Source of the DNA: Zootoca vivipara
Taxonomy: Eukaryota
Length of the DNA stretch: 64,000 nucleotides
Direction of reading: 5' to 3'
Assembly: GCF_963506605.1 (NCBI RefSeq)
Contig: NC_083288.1
Coordinates: 39,928,001 to 39,992,000, forward strand
The notes below the pieces were generated by a model. It was not told where the DNA came from and did no database searches. It saw nothing but the letters and a program-made list of their open reading frames with translations. The translations under genes and the position numbers were made by a program. Positions 35,049 through 48,789 of this stretch are shown piece by piece. Each line of letters begins with the position of its first letter. Positions within the stretch are counted from its first letter, which is position 1.

Positions 35049-35722
35049 CTAAATGCAGTCAAAGGGGTGGGGATGAGGTATGAAGAAACCTCTGAGCTGA
35101 GTGGGAGAGGTGGGGTGGGGAGAAGAGACAACAGACAACAAGCGCTGGGGCAAGGGAGGGTGGCCAGGGAAAATATGTGAAGGGGGCAAAGAAGCTACCC
35201 CTGGGTAGTAAGAGGTGGGTCTGGGTCTGCATGGGGTCACTAGGAATAGAGAGAACAAGGTCAAACAAAACAGTGAGAGTACATAAGAAATCATCCAGTA
35301 CAGGCAAGGAAAAAAAAAAGGTGAGCACACTTCCTCAAATTCTAGCAACCTCATCATAATAACTAAGCCCATATTAAAGCTGTGTAAAAACTCCTAGGAG
35401 GCACGGATGGGAAGTGTACTTGGCAAGAAGAGTGATGGAAAGGAGCTTGAAGGTTGGTAAGAAGCCAAAGCAGAAACAAGATGGAACTGTGAGTTGACCC
35501 CTTCCCACGAGGGAAGGAAGAGTGGGGAAGGACTCGGCGCCTGCAGACAGCACTGTATCTTCCGGTAGGGCTGAGAACAACATGTGACTGTTGCCAGTCA
35601 GTGCAGAGAACGCCGAGCTAGTTGGACCAATGGTCTAACTTGGCTTAACGCAGCTTCCTGTATTCCCAAGAGCACCTGGATCCCGCCCGAGTACCTTCTT
35701 TCTCCTCCCCCCACTGCCATAC

Positions 35723-35860
35723 CTGCAGCTCCACTTCAGTGGCCAGGTACAAGAACATTTCGTGTAGTTCCTGGATGCTGCGCTCCAGCTTGAGGATTTC
35801 ACTGTGCCGTGTCTCAATTTCGTTCAGAGCCTGCTTCGTCACTTGCGTGTCCTTCATGAT
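35723..35860 (-). CDS. STX4: Syntaxin-4 exon 8 (SNARE motif)
   Basis: [46 protein letters not shown]; canonical AG/GT. Confidence 0.95.
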
Positions 35861-35956
35861 CTGTGGGGGAGCAAGTGCGGCTGGATAAGTTAACCGAGGG
35901 CCCAGACCCCCTTTTCTATCTTATGCCCTCCAAAGGCTTTGCCTTCTGGTACTCAC

Positions 35957-36033
35957 ATTGGAAACAAACACCTCCGTCTGACCACTCTCCAGCATCTGGT
36001 CCAGCTCTTCATCGGAAACTGCCCCGCTGTTAG
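35957..36033 (-). CDS. STX4: Syntaxin-4 exon 7
   Basis: (T)NSGAVSDEELDQMLESGQTEVFVSN; canonical AG/GT. Confidence 0.94.
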
Positions 36034-37682
36034 CTGAAGGGGAATGAAGAAAGCAGCCTCAGGACCAAAGCAAGGTTTCCTGCCCAAAATAAGAAGCAAA
36101 GCCAGACTCCCTCACTCTCAGCAGCCTACCTTTAACCCTTTCACTACCCCTCCTGTCTAAAGGCACTAAATCCCACACACCTCCAAAATCAGAACTCAAG
36201 GGCCACACAGTGCTTGTTATTTGGCTGTGGTGCCGCAAAGCCTTCTATTGTGATGTACTGCCTAGCTGAAGGGAGGTGAAGCTCTCTGCCTGAAGTCTAC
36301 ATTTTATTCTCTAAACTCCAACATGCTGCATTCTTCTATGGTGGTTTAAATATTTGCTTTGCTTTATTCTAGGTTACTGAGGTTTTCAAAACTTTTTACC
36401 TTCAGGGAACTGATTCCACATCAACAGGCCTGAAAAGCATTAAATCTTCCTTCATTTTTTACAGTGCAATCCTATGCATGATGGCTCATAAATAATTCGC
36501 AGTGAGCTCAGTGGGGCTTATTCCCAGGTAAATGTATACAGGATTGCAGCCTCAGTGCAATCCTGAACTAAAAGATTAACGTAACTTTAACAAAACCCAC
36601 TGTGGATACGATTTAGTAGAAAGAGAATATACATTTATAAATAAAGCTTCCAAAGTTCTGTGGAGCTCTGGAAAAACACTAATCTAGTTAGACAGTTTGG
36701 TATCCTCTCTTCCCTTCCCCCCTCTATATTTAGATTTTTGCCTCAGCTTTATGTTAAAGTCGAGTATAGATGAAATGAGACACCATAGACACTGGTGGTG
36801 AGGACGAAGCCAAAATCTAGACTTTACAAGGAGGGATTGGGCTGATGCTGAGTGATGGGTCATCACTGACCAGTTATTAAAAGCTGTCCTGAAAGCTCTT
36901 TTTGAAAAGCCTTTTTGAAAAATCTGTTCACATATTTGCAAGCTTTCCCCCTCTACAGTGAGATGCAGAAAGTTTTATGGTGAAATATGAAACAGCCTAC
37001 TCTCTGCAGGCAGAACACTGGAGTAGGGCAGGCTTGGGGGCTTCCAGGGTAAGAGTTCACACTTCTTCCCACACCTCCTTCACACCTCCTTCCACAGAGC
37101 TGGTAGCGAGGACCCAACTCTTTAGTTTGTTTCAAGCCCTGCTTAAATATTAGTGGTGCCTTTGGTGCATATTCGCTAGAAAATTGTTAAGGGGGAGCCC
37201 TGATACAGCTCACACTTTTCCTGAAGATTGTTATTAAATCTTAGCATCACAAACACTCCTGTGAGATCTTTCAGAATGGGGATCTTCCAGCTGCCCCTAC
37301 TCCGATTCAGCACTCTACACAACTGGTACCTCTTTTAGCTTTCAAATTCATCTGAAGGATGGGGCAGCTGGATTAAAGCATATTTCTTGACAAACCATCT
37401 TTATTTGCTGTTGGAGACTAGGAGAGCCTTCACATCAGGGATTTCAGACAATGTTTTGGTTTGTGTGATCTGGCCTATCTGAAATGAAAGGAATGCTGGA
37501 AAACTTTCCTCCCATCCCTACCCTCATTTGGCTGTGAAACCCCAGGCCAAGTGTGCTTTGTGCAGCTTACCCTTCCAACTCTTCTGCCTTTCAAGGTCAT
37601 TTTCCTTTAGAGGGCAGCAGACAGACGCTATCTGTCTCCACAGGAAGATGACTTGGCCCATGTACAACTAGCAGCACGTCAC

Positions 37683-37685
<3 letters not shown>

Positions 37686-37735
<50 letters not shown>
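37686..37735. repeat. (TA)n microsatellite
   Basis: Direct reading. Confidence 0.95.
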
Positions 37736-37737
<2 letters not shown>

Positions 37738-39084
37738 CTGTTTGAAAGCAAAAGGGCCTTCAAGGTTTTACAATACCTGTGAGGTGGAGGGTTCAATTAG
37801 GAGCCAGGGTTGTACTAACCCTTCCCCACCACCACCCCACACAACAGGATACCTTTGAAACTGCTTCAGGAAGAAAAACTTGCCCGTTGGAAGACAGCCA
37901 GCCTTTAGCAAAACCAGGTCTCCTAGTACTGATTTTTTAAAAATGTGCATCTTATCTACCCTCCTCCTTTGAGCCCCATGCCTTCCCAATTCACACCCTA
38001 AAACGAATCTCATTACCAGCAGCTATTTCTCCACTGCTTTGCTAACCCTGTACCTGAAATTAGTCACAGAAGGGAGGAAATGGGGCAAATCTCTTCCTCA
38101 CAAAGACCACCAGTGTTCTCAACTTCCCCCCAACTAGAAATGTTGCCAGTGCTCCCCTGCCTTGTGTCCCAAGTTTTGGAAATTTTAACAGTCCCCGTGC
38201 AGGGTGGTAGTTGAGCCTAGGCTCAACAAAAAAGTGCTCTCAAGGCCAATATTCATAGTCATTTTCTCCAAAGCATAAAGTGCTATAGCCTTGGGCAGAC
38301 TTCACCATTCTAGGAATCACTGCAGCTGTATCCTTGAATTGCTCAGTTCCGCTTGTCTTAGGAGCACAGGCCTGAACACACACTTGCATGAATGGGAAAG
38401 AAACTGTGCAAAAAACAGCAGTTATGAGCTTGGAAGTTACCTATGCAATGGTCACAGGCTTTCTCTTTTTAAAGCCAATGTAATGTATCCTCTGCTCTGT
38501 AAAATGACTCTGCATCTAAAATGTGCAATGCAAATCAAGTTTGCTTGCTTGTTTATTTTGCATGTTTTCCACTTCTGCTAGCTGATGGAAAGTGTAAAGA
38601 ATAGGCCTTAAAGAACATCATCTGACCAGTGGAAACGTTACTGGGCCCTGCACCATGCACAGTTTACATGTTTTCACTGCCCACTTCCTAAGATCTAGGA
38701 ACTTGCCTTATAAACAAAAATCAACAAAACTGCCAGAATCCACTTATACAGAGAGATTGCAAAGACATAAAGCCCCCATGTGTCCCTGACCAGCATTACA
38801 AACACAACAGCTCATGTGTTTCTGAGACATCTCTAACAGCAGCATCGTGAGAAGAATAGGGCACCATATCCAAGCTTAGGATACTCCTCATAGCCACCAG
38901 GCAACCCAGATGACTTTGGGCAAATCACAACCTTCCCAGCTACTTAGGGCTGGTACCATGGCTTGTTCCCATAACTTATGGGACGACTCTAGTAAGTAGG
39001 AACCTTGCAGCAACCGAGATTGCTGATTTGGCACTGAAATGCAGTCCTCTCTGGAGCCAGTGGGAAAAAAGAGCAGACACTCAC

Positions 39085-39193
39085 TGATCTGCAGCTGTCT
39101 CCTGATGCGCTCCAGATTCTTGTCTCGGTAGTCAGACTGCGTTGCATTGCACTGGTTGATCAGATCCAAGAACTGTTGGGACAGGATCCCATG
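39085..39193 (-). CDS. STX4: Syntaxin-4 exon 6
   Basis: HGILSQQFLDLINQCNATQSDYRDKNLERIRRQLQI; canonical AG/GT. Confidence 0.95.
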
Positions 39194-39283
39194 CTGAGGC
39201 AGAAATGGAAAGAAAGGGTTAAGTACACTTCTCTAGCCTCCTCCTCACCAGCACCCAAGTGAGCTAGCTGGGCTGCATCTGAC

Positions 39284-39354
39284 CTGGGTTCTCTTCATAC
39301 GAACGTTGATGGAATTTTTGTTCTCATCTTCCCCATCCTTCTTGGGCTCAATTT
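39284..39354 (-). CDS. STX4: Syntaxin-4 exon 5
   Basis: (K)IEPKKDGEDENKNSINVRMKRTQ; phases consistent with neighbours. Confidence 0.93.
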
Positions 39355-39542
39355 CTATATTAAAAAATAAACAGGGCTGCAATCAAGACACATCACTTTC
39401 TACTGGAGACAAGAGAGAAGGCCTCCTCCTAGTTTCAGTGCAGTGAGCACACAGACAAAGCTGGAGAGCAGAAGCTAGGAGGTCCGACATGCAGCACTCT
39501 TCCCTTTTATGCATTAAGGCCCAATCCTCCTCCCACACTCAC

Positions 39543-39617
39543 TTTTCAGGCGGGTCCGAATGTCTTTTGCCAGCTCCTTGATTTCCTCACGTAGCTTTTG
39601 CAGGTCTTGCTTCATGC
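39543..39617 (-). CDS. STX4: Syntaxin-4 exon 4
   Basis: (S)MKQDLQKLREEIKELAKDIRTRLK; canonical AG/GT. Confidence 0.93.
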
Positions 39618-40217
39618 CTAGAAAACACCAAGGTTAAAAAGTCAACAGCTGGGATTGTGCCAGAGAAGAATTAGATGACATTTGCATGTGGCTTTTGCTA
39701 AGGTGTTATGTATGTAGGTGCTTCTTTGCCACATCCCTTTCCCGCAGGCCATTTGGTCAACTGAAGGGAACATGGACTACAGTTGCTCTGCCCACATTCA
39801 ATCCATTGCTAGGCCATATCATTTCTTCTTGAAGAACACTGCAAAAATGGCTGTTTCTCCATATTGTTTTGGCTAAAGCTCTATGCTTCCACCTGAACTA
39901 GAACCTCGTCTCCTCACCTCAATGCAAAACTCCTTTATTATTCATTTATCCTGTTTCTTTCAGCTTTTGTTCTTCAATATATCCCACCAACAACTCCACC
40001 CATTTCCCCAGCTGCCCTCTTCAAGAGGGCCCTTCTTCTCTGAACGTGAACTTGGCACATCTGCTCATTCAACTCTTTCCTCACCCTTTCTCCTTTATGC
40101 ATGGACTTTGGCTTTTCCTCTTATTTACTTTAGAGTACTTCAATTCTACCAACCAATCAAAGTTCTCAAGGCTGCTTGCAATGTATTTCATTCCCACCCC
40201 CCTCTGGTTTTCTAATG

Positions 40218-40353
40218 CAGTGTTTCCCAACCTTGTGCCTCCAGATGTTTTGGGACTACAACTCCCATCATTCCTGACCACTGGTCTTGCTAGCTAGGGA
40301 TGATGGGAGTTGTAGTCCCAAAACATCTGGAGGCACAAGGTTGGGAAACACTG
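40218..40353. mobile_element. Palindromic hAT MITE (about 54-bp perfect arms)
   Basis: CAGTGTTTCCCAACC...GGTTGGGAAACACTG; perfect TSD ttctaatg. Confidence 0.92.
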
Positions 40354-41168
40354 TTCTAATGTTCTAACAATTGGCCCTGTGCAGCTAAATCTCTTAACTG
40401 TGAACTGACAGTTGAACCACCCATCTGAATCCTCACTCCAAAAGCTTTTAACAATCCAGAATAGCATTTGCCTCTATCCACTTCTTCCTACCCTTGTTTG
40501 CCTTTCCATCCTTCTGTTGTTCCCTTGCTGTCTATTTTAGGCTGTAAGCAACTCTGGAGCATGAATCTGTCTACTGTGCTCATACACACACTGATGGAAA
40601 ACTGTCGCAATCCATAATCTGGCCTGAAGGCACATAATGCAGTATCCTTGCTAAACCTAATCAGGTCTAGTCTGGTCAGTGCTTTGATTGGAGGTTGCCT
40701 AAGAATACTATGCACATTAATGTGAATTCCACAGAAGAAAGATGGAATATACATCAATTATATTTTGGAAATTTGCTTAATTTCTATGCATTTGGACACC
40801 TCTTAAAATATCATGACCAATTTTTGCATGATGGCAATTGAAATTAAGGAGCAGGTTTTCGTTTAGATACAACTGGATTTCATTTTGAATCAATATAGTA
40901 CTCTGAACCTTTTCAAACTATAATTCTTAAGAAAAGCAAGATATGAGGCTGTTAGGAGTAAAAACAGCAATGTGCACTTTGCGACAAGGTAATTCTAATT
41001 TTGCACCACTTTAAATCATGAAATTTAAATACCACTAAACTCTGCCCCTAAATTTCACCATTTTCTGCAACTTTTCTTGGCCAATTACCTCCAAGAGCTT
41101 CTTTGTCCAGTTTTCCCACAGCCCATATCTTCTACTTCACCACCCGCACTCCCCCACTGCTAACTTAC

Positions 41169-41268
41169 TATCCTCAGGGAGAGGTGTGGCCAAAATGGTA
41201 GTTTGATGTTTCTCTAGATCTTTTACTTTGCTTCCCAGAGTCCTCAAGGCTTCACGGATCCCACGTGT
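41169..41268 (-). CDS. STX4: Syntaxin-4 exon 3
   Basis: TRGIREALRTLGSKVKDLEKHQTTILATPLPED; ILATPLPE is characteristic of STX4. Confidence 0.94.
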
Positions 41269-42326
41269 CTGAGAAGGCAATAAAAAATGATATGATGAGA
41301 AGGAGCCAATTCTAACCAGCTGAACCCTGACCTCCATCAATTAAGTGGGTTGCCAATTAAGAGATATCTCCATAGTATGAAACCCACCCATATCTCACTA
41401 CGTATAACTACAAGCCACCAGCACAGGGAAATGGCTGACTAGATCTATTTACATAAGCAGAAAGCATAATCTGTCTGCTCCATAGAGTTCTAGAAAATGC
41501 TCAAGTGATTTGCACCCTCAAGGAATCACACAAAAACTCTACTGTGTGCGGGCAATACTGATGCAGCTTCAGTTTACCAAAAACTGTTCACGGATGCCAG
41601 AATTCAAATTATCTCCTCTTATTGTATTTAAAATATTTCTTCCCATACAGCTCACAGCACATTAAAAATCAAATACAATTCATAAAAACAGGAACATTAA
41701 AACTGCATGATATATAAAAACAACATAGAAATTCAGCATAAAACCAATTTCAGAGGGAATGAAACTATTAAATGGTTGGGAAAATAGAACTTTTTTGTCT
41801 GGCACTGAAAAGATAACAAGGAAGTCAGTGGGCAAATCTTCCACATCCACATCCAGGGCACCTCCAAAGCGAAGGTGCTCTCTCTTTCTCCTGTTGCCAC
41901 CTGCCTCACCTCATTGGGTAGTGGCAGCTGGAGGATGGTCTCCAAAGCTTAACATAAGGAAAGGAGGACAGGGAGGTAAGCACTGTCTTATTGTTCTTCA
42001 GATGTGCAGCTAAAAGATCTCCAACTCCTCTGACACATTACAGCAACAAACCAATAGCATGCAATAGCAACTGTAGCAAGAAAAAAGTCAAGTGGTCGTG
42101 GAAGACTTTCCATGGGATAGTGAAAACAAAGATGATCATGCTGATAGATGCAATTTTTGGCACCAGAAGCGGGTGGGACGTTGGTAGATGCAGGATGGGA
42201 CAGGCTTATGTGTGTCCCGCCAATGCACACAGCGCCTGGAATGCACGCGCGTGCACACACACACTCACACAGGGAGATAGTTCTAAAGTCAGCTCCGCAC
42301 ATGCTTAGAAAGAAAGATTGTGGTAC

Positions 42327-42437
42327 CGTTCGGAAGAATTCGTCAGTTGGATCTGGAGAGCCATTGGGTCTTGCTGATCCTGGCTGTGGGACCAGAGTAT
42401 CGAGTTCAGTCTCTTCACAGTCCGAGTCGACATCCTT
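42327..42437 (-). CDS. STX4: Syntaxin-4 exon 2
   Basis: KDVDSDCEETELDTLVPQPGSARPNGSPDPTDEFFRT; 111 nt, phase 0/0. Confidence 0.88.
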
Positions 42438-44708
42438 CTGTTAAAGAGAGATGTAGAGTGAAGAGATCGGATGCACCAAAGCACTCATTGCACACATGTT
42501 GCAAATGACAATGGGGAAACACAGACCCAAAAACCCCACACTGCTCTTAGACAAGATTCATTTTCATTCATTTACAAACATTTCTATCCAAACCAACTTC
42601 CAAATCAGCTAACAATTTAAAACCAATCTTTTCATTCCATTTTGCATAGTACAGAAGATACCTGTCCTAAGAGTGAACAGAATCTAACATTTCATGGTTG
42701 CTTAAAAAGCTGAGTTGGCACCAGTCAGCTGTGAAGAAGAACAGACAAAACTGTCTTGTGTATTCAGTTTTTCTCCCTATTCTCTATCAACACACACTGT
42801 TGTACTCTTAATACAGAACTTTTGAGAGCTATGGGCATCTGTGAGAAGATGTGCAATTGGCACTGGATGTTCATCTGGCCATAACATGTGGAAAACTGGC
42901 ATGTAGATTGGGTACCTGCATCTATTGCTGGATGAGATGCATAACAATGTTGCATGTAAACAGTGTTAGAAACTGAGATATGAAAGCTAGGAGTTAAATG
43001 GCACCTTAAACCTAGATTATGGGCGCAACAACGGAATGTCTAGGCGCGCTTTTTTTATAACAAGGATACAAAGCTGAAAATCAGTGAACTGCAGCTAAAA
43101 TCTTATGTTCATTTTTCACATGGCCTAGTCCTTCCTCTGCGCCCCCCCCCCCTTAATATTCTTAAGAGGGTCTCTTCTCCAGTCTTTCCTTGTTGCAAAA
43201 TGCACCTAGAACAATGGGAGTTTCAAACACTGCATATAATGTAACACACATTTCTCTGTGTGGATGCCAACCTGGTCACTACATTTTGCTGCACAGCAAA
43301 TCTGACTAATTTTAAAACATGTAATCTTGTACAAAAGGGAGAAAAATCTGTAACTAGGAAACATGGAAGACAAGTTGGACACTGAGGGCTTCCTCTGTTG
43401 GAGAACACTCTTGCCTCAGTCTTTAATTCAACATAAGCAAGAACAAAAAAAATGTGCTTTGCTCCTATATTGGAAATTGGCTATGACACATACTACTCAT
43501 GAAGGATTTGGGATGAAGACCTGGATTTGGGATGAAGACCTCAACCAGCGGGGCTGGGATGTGCCTCTGTGTACTTTGGCTGAATGCTGCTCCAACTCAC
43601 TTGGACCTCAAATTTCCTTGTGTCAGTAGCAATGGCAATTTTTGCCCCCAGTTAAGAAGATGCACAACACAGGTCTTATTAGTAATATGCATATGGGCCA
43701 GGGTTCTGCTGGAGCAAATCAAACCCCAAGATGTGACCTAGGGTATAGAATCCAGTTCCAAAAACCTTTCATTTGATTACCTTTCATTTGAATAAATTTT
43801 AAAAGCACAACATCACTAGCTAGTTTCTAGCTCTCATGATTGATAAGAAAGGCTTGAATGTACATGTTCAACACCAGGTGAAATGTCAATAGCCAAACAA
43901 TGGTTGATCAAAGTTTCTAGCAGTTGGGGCAGGGCTTCAGCACCCTCCATAATTCCATGCCCCTCTATTTCATGCAGAATATTTATGCAAATGTGCACTC
44001 TCCTGTGCTAGAGATCCATGCTGGCTGAATCTCTTTCTAATGCTGCACTGTACTTACAAGGCAGTGACAGAATTGTCATTTGAATTACCTTTGTGCAGAA
44101 TTCCATTTAGTTTGCTTTTTTTTAAATAATAAAAAGGAATAAAGATAATCCTGCTTGTGAGACACTTTCTCAAACAGAAATGTTATGAAAAGAACCAACT
44201 ATATATTCCAAAAAGTAGATGACTCCAGAAGAACTATGGTGGCATCTTTAAAACTAATTTATTTTAATTGTGGCATAAGCTTTCAAAGGCCAACAATCTT
44301 CTTTATCAAAAATAATCTATATAGGTAGTAGGAACATTACTATTCTTTAATTAGGGCTGCAAGCTTTAGCCAATTAAACTTAAACCACAGATTATGATTC
44401 AGCCCCTGCTTAATTGGAATATACAATTGTGCATGGCATGGTGCAGATGTGCCAGCTCACTCCCTTCCTGTGTCAAATTTGACAACGGACTTGAAAGGAA
44501 AAAACAAAACTAGCAGCTAGTTTGTATATTAGTGTGAAACCACCCTGGTTTCCTTTCTAGTAAGAACGACAAACATCTGAAACTGACATGAGAAGTCAAC
44601 AATATTTTTCCTAAATCTGAATTTTCTTGCTACTGATAAAGATGGGGTGACAAAGGGACGAACGGTCAAGACAGAGACACTGAGATCTTAACAAAGTAAA
44701 GCCTAGAA

Positions 44709-44844
44709 CAGGCATCCCCAAACCGTGGCCCTCCAGATGTTTTGGCCTACAACTCCCATGATCCCTAGCTAACAGGACCAGTGGTCGGGGAAGATGGGAA
44801 TTGTAGTCCAAAACATCTGGAGGGCCGAAGTTTGGGGATGCCTG
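44709..44844. mobile_element. Palindromic hAT MITE
   Basis: Same family as 25031; perfect TSD gcctagaa. Confidence 0.9.
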
Positions 44845-46372
44845 GCCTAGAAATTTCATGTTGATACACAGCAGCTGAAGCATTCTGGAGGACAAGAAAG
44901 GCAACGGGAATACAGCCATAGTATTGTTTGCAGACACCGAAAAGCATCTTAAATGTAATGCATAACTAAGTGGAAGGTGATTTTTACAATAAGCTATCTG
45001 CAAACATTGTTCAAACCCTAAGACAAAATCAAACTTGGCCCCTCTATCTCTCCCTCTCAAACCACTTACCATTTTGGAATCTTGTAACAAGTGAGTCCCT
45101 AAATGTAACTTCTTAATGTAATATCAGTTACATTCTGGTTCTTTTTTAATACTGTATTTCTATCCTACCCTTCCTCCAAGGAGATCAGGGCAGCAGCCAC
45201 ACGAAAGGCTGAGAGTTGAGGACCTAAGGTCACCTGGTAAGATGCATGGCTGAGCTGGATTTTACACATTTCCCCAACCAAAACCACCACCACCAGTTGC
45301 TGTCTCCCAAAAACAAAAGACCAATGCAACATCCAGTGGCGTTATTTGGGGTTGGGTATTGCTTTGGTGTGCAATATTGCCTTGCCCAAATGAGTTAACA
45401 TCTCCAACTTCTTCTTTCGATCTCTGGAAATTCCTGGGGCCCTAATGTGCTCTACCCCAACTCCTTTCCATGGTGTTTCCCACTTAAACATTGGGGTGGG
45501 GGGCAGAAGCTAAGAGAAAGCCTATGAAGAGAGCGGATGAGAAGACGAGTGAAGAGGGAACCAATGCAAGGAGGGACAAGGGATTGTTATGTGAATATGG
45601 GGGACAAAAGGAGCACAGTGTGAGGACAAATGGGGGAAGAAATATAACAATGCTGAGAGGCAGCCTGTGGAAAAGGGAGGGCAGAGATGAAGATACTTTC
45701 AGGAGGGCAACCCAAAGAGTGGATGGAATAATGAGGGTGACAGAGAAGGGGAAATAACTGGCGGCAGCAATAGGAGGATACAGTACAGGGATGAAGAGAG
45801 CAGATAAACCCAGAACTGGGAGGGGGGGAGGCGAGTAGAAAAGTGGGAGACCATGATCATGGGAGGAAGGGAGGGAAAACAGCGCCCTCCAAAGGAGCCT
45901 GAGAGAAAAAACGCGCATTTGGAAAGGAAAGCTTTTATGACTGTCAAGGGGAAGGGAAGTTTGAAATTTATGAAATCCAGGCAGCGAATAACAAAAACGA
46001 AAATGGCAAACTCCTGGCTGTGTTTTTTGGGGTGGGGGAGGTGCGCACCTGACACCCTGCGCGGGGGCAGCAATGAAGCCCCTTGAGGAGGTCGGGGTCA
46101 GTGAGGGGGAGGTGGAAATCGGCCTTCAGAGGTCGAGGGGCTAAGATTGGGGTGAGGTTTAGGAGGCCTAAAATTTGGGGTGAGGTTTAGGGAGGACGAG
46201 AAGAGCAAAAGGGGAGGGGGGACGAGAAGGAAGGGAGAGCGAACAGCCTATAAAAGGCGAGGGGAAAGCGGCGCGCGGGGTGAGAGCGCGGCCGTCGGCG
46301 CAAAGGAGATACGGAAAGGGGAGGAGCAAAAGTGACCGTTGTGGGCGTGGCCAGTCACGCGAGGATTCTCAC

Positions 46373-46402
46373 CCCTCTGATCTCGTCCGTTCGGTCCCTC
46401 AT
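46373..46402 (-). CDS. STX4: Syntaxin-4 exon 1 (N-peptide)
   Basis: MRDRTDEIRG|gtgaga, a 30-nt coding first exon typical of syntaxins. The ten exons total 906 nt = 301 aa plus stop. Confidence 0.92.
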
Positions 46403-47000
46403 AGCTGTTTCCCCCTCCTTTTTTTCTTTTTCGCACTCCCGGGGACGAAGCGGCGCGGGGGAGGAGGGGGTTATTCAGAATGGAGGGGCAGGAGCAGACT
46501 GCGCACGCGCGCTGGAGGTCCCTCCTCCACCTCTTACTTCGCCTCCGCTTCCTCCCCCTCCTTCCTCGCGGGTAGGTTGCTTGAGAGGCAAAAGAGAGAG
46601 AGAGAGAGAGAAACGCTCCGTCCCCAACTAGCTCGCACTGCGCATGCGCTTTCTCGCCCGGCCGCTCGACAAGGCGATTTTCACCCTCAACCCCACAGCC
46701 AGTGGAGAAGCAACGGAAAAGGGAAGGCAGACCGGAAGTATCAGCCACCAGGGATTGATTTAGTGTGTTTATTGATATTATGGAGTCTACCCGGCCCCGC
46801 TTTTCTCTGTCAGTCGAAAGTCAGTACAACGGAGGATTTTTTTAAAAAAACACACAACAACAATAGCAACAGGAGGAGGAAGTGACTTGGGACTCCCATA
46901 ATAAATGTTCCTTTCTTGACTTCAATATGGCCGCTGCCGGAAGTTCATCTGCGTCTACCGGATGTCGTTTTTCATCGGCCGTCATTGAGAACCATAGAGC
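46403..47000. promoter_or_regulatory. STX4 CpG-island promoter / 5' UTR
   Basis: CpG-rich; NRF1-like TGCGCATGCGC (46639-46649); ETS ACCGGAAGT (46731), CCGGAAGT (46937), ACCGGATGT (46957); YY1-like CAATATGGCCGC (46923). Confidence 0.75.
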
Positions 47001-48350
47001 TACGTGTAGGCTTAGAATTTCCCACTAATTCTGGCCATCGCTCAATTAATACAGTACTGTAGTCACTTGCTAAAAAGTCGTGTCATGTGGAAATGATTTG
47101 GAATGTGCAGCTCCGAATTTTTGTTTTTAAAATAACCGTCAGTTTTGGGATACTGACTATTTAAATTTCGCACATATTTTAAATGAATTAAAACGGGCCA
47201 ATAGGCAACTGGTTCCCTTTCTCACCTATGGAAAATGGTAGTCTTTCCTCACACGCCACCACCTTTAATTCACAGAAATTCAGCTGGTGAAGCCCGAAAT
47301 GCAGGGGTTGTAATGGGAAGTAAATCTTCGCCCACTGAATTACTGGCTGTCAAAGCTGCTACATGAACCTTTGCCAGAAAAAAAGTTGGCAACTCTTTGC
47401 TTCCATTGGTAATTTGAAAGAAAGTTGCTTTGTTCATTTTTCTGTCAATGTGCTATAAATTACTAATAATGTATGTTCTGATCATCCCATCTCCAAAAGG
47501 GCACTTTTGAGGAAAGCCTAAACACATTGAGGCTTTTAGTTTAAGAAAAAAGATGACTAAAAGGAAGGTATACACACACACACACACTTATTAAGTGGTG
47601 CATAGTGTAGAGCATGTAGCTAGAAAGAAGTTTTTCTCCTGCTGCTGTAATGTTAGAACTTGGGATCATCCAATGAATGAAACTGGTCGGCCTTGCGATA
47701 GATTCAGGAGAGGGAAGAATGGACGGTGTCAAGATGTGTCCCGAAAATGCTACTTTTAGAAAGTAAGCTGTAAAATGAACACCAGGTTTTTCTGTGGCAA
47801 TGGTAGTAAATAGCAGAGGCACTTGTTAATTATGCTGTGAAAGATTGGAATAGATTAGTATTAAAATATGAGAGAATATTCCCTATTGAATATGTGCAAC
47901 CTTTATGCTCTGGGTAGTACTACATTGGCTGCCAGCTGCACCTGGTTGGCCAATTTGGGATAAAAGATGGAGTAGATGTAAATGGACCTTTGGTTTGATT
48001 CACCAGATCCCTTCTTACAGAGTGTGCTTCATTTATTTTAGTAACAGAGTTACATCTACCATTCATATATTTTTCAGAGCAGCTTGCACAACCTTTAGAT
48101 TAATGAAATAATCTGTGGTAGTCTTCAGAACAGTCCTGGGCATAGCCTGCTTCTGTAGTCCAATGTCAAATTATATTGGCTTCTGCACTTCAATAAAATG
48201 TACAGGTATTCCATAAAATAAACCCTATTTATTTCTGGGATTTAATATCTGCAGGACTTGTAACCCTGACTCAGATTTGTTTGTCATGGCAGATTTGTAT
48301 GTTTCATTTTGAAATAATTGTTTTCTGTTGTAGAAGTAGTGGTGTTAAGA

Positions 48351-48486
48351 CAGGCACCCCCAAACTCGGCCCTCCAGCTGTTTTGGGACTACAATTCCCA
48401 TCATCCTTGACCACTGGTCCTGTTAGCTAGGGATGATGGGAGTTGTAGTCCAAAAACAGCTGGAGGGCAAAGTTTGGGGGTGCCTG
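48351..48486. mobile_element. Palindromic hAT MITE
   Basis: Same family as 15103; partial TSD (tgttaaga/ccttaaga). Confidence 0.87.
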
Positions 48487-48789
48487 CCTTAAGAGCAATC
48501 CTATAGCAATATCCACTGGGATGAGTAGGGTTATTATCCAGTGGATCTCTGGCTGAGCTGGGAGGTTCCCAGCACAACTGGGCTACACCAGCATAGCTTG
48601 CCATCCTTGGCTCAGCTGGAGATACCTGGCTCAGCCAAAGTCTGGCATATCTTAAACTGGAATAAGCTTTGTAAAAGGGGTGTTTTGTGGCAGAACCAGA
48701 GAGGTGACATAGGCTGGGTCCTAAACTTGTTGGCTTGGCAACCCAGCATAAGTTAAGCCAGCAAAAAAGGGTGGTGTAACCCAAACACT

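Noticed and set aside
40218-40353. pre-miRNA-like hairpin
   Set aside because: Fully explained by a MITE with 8-bp TSD; no evidence of processing from sequence alone.
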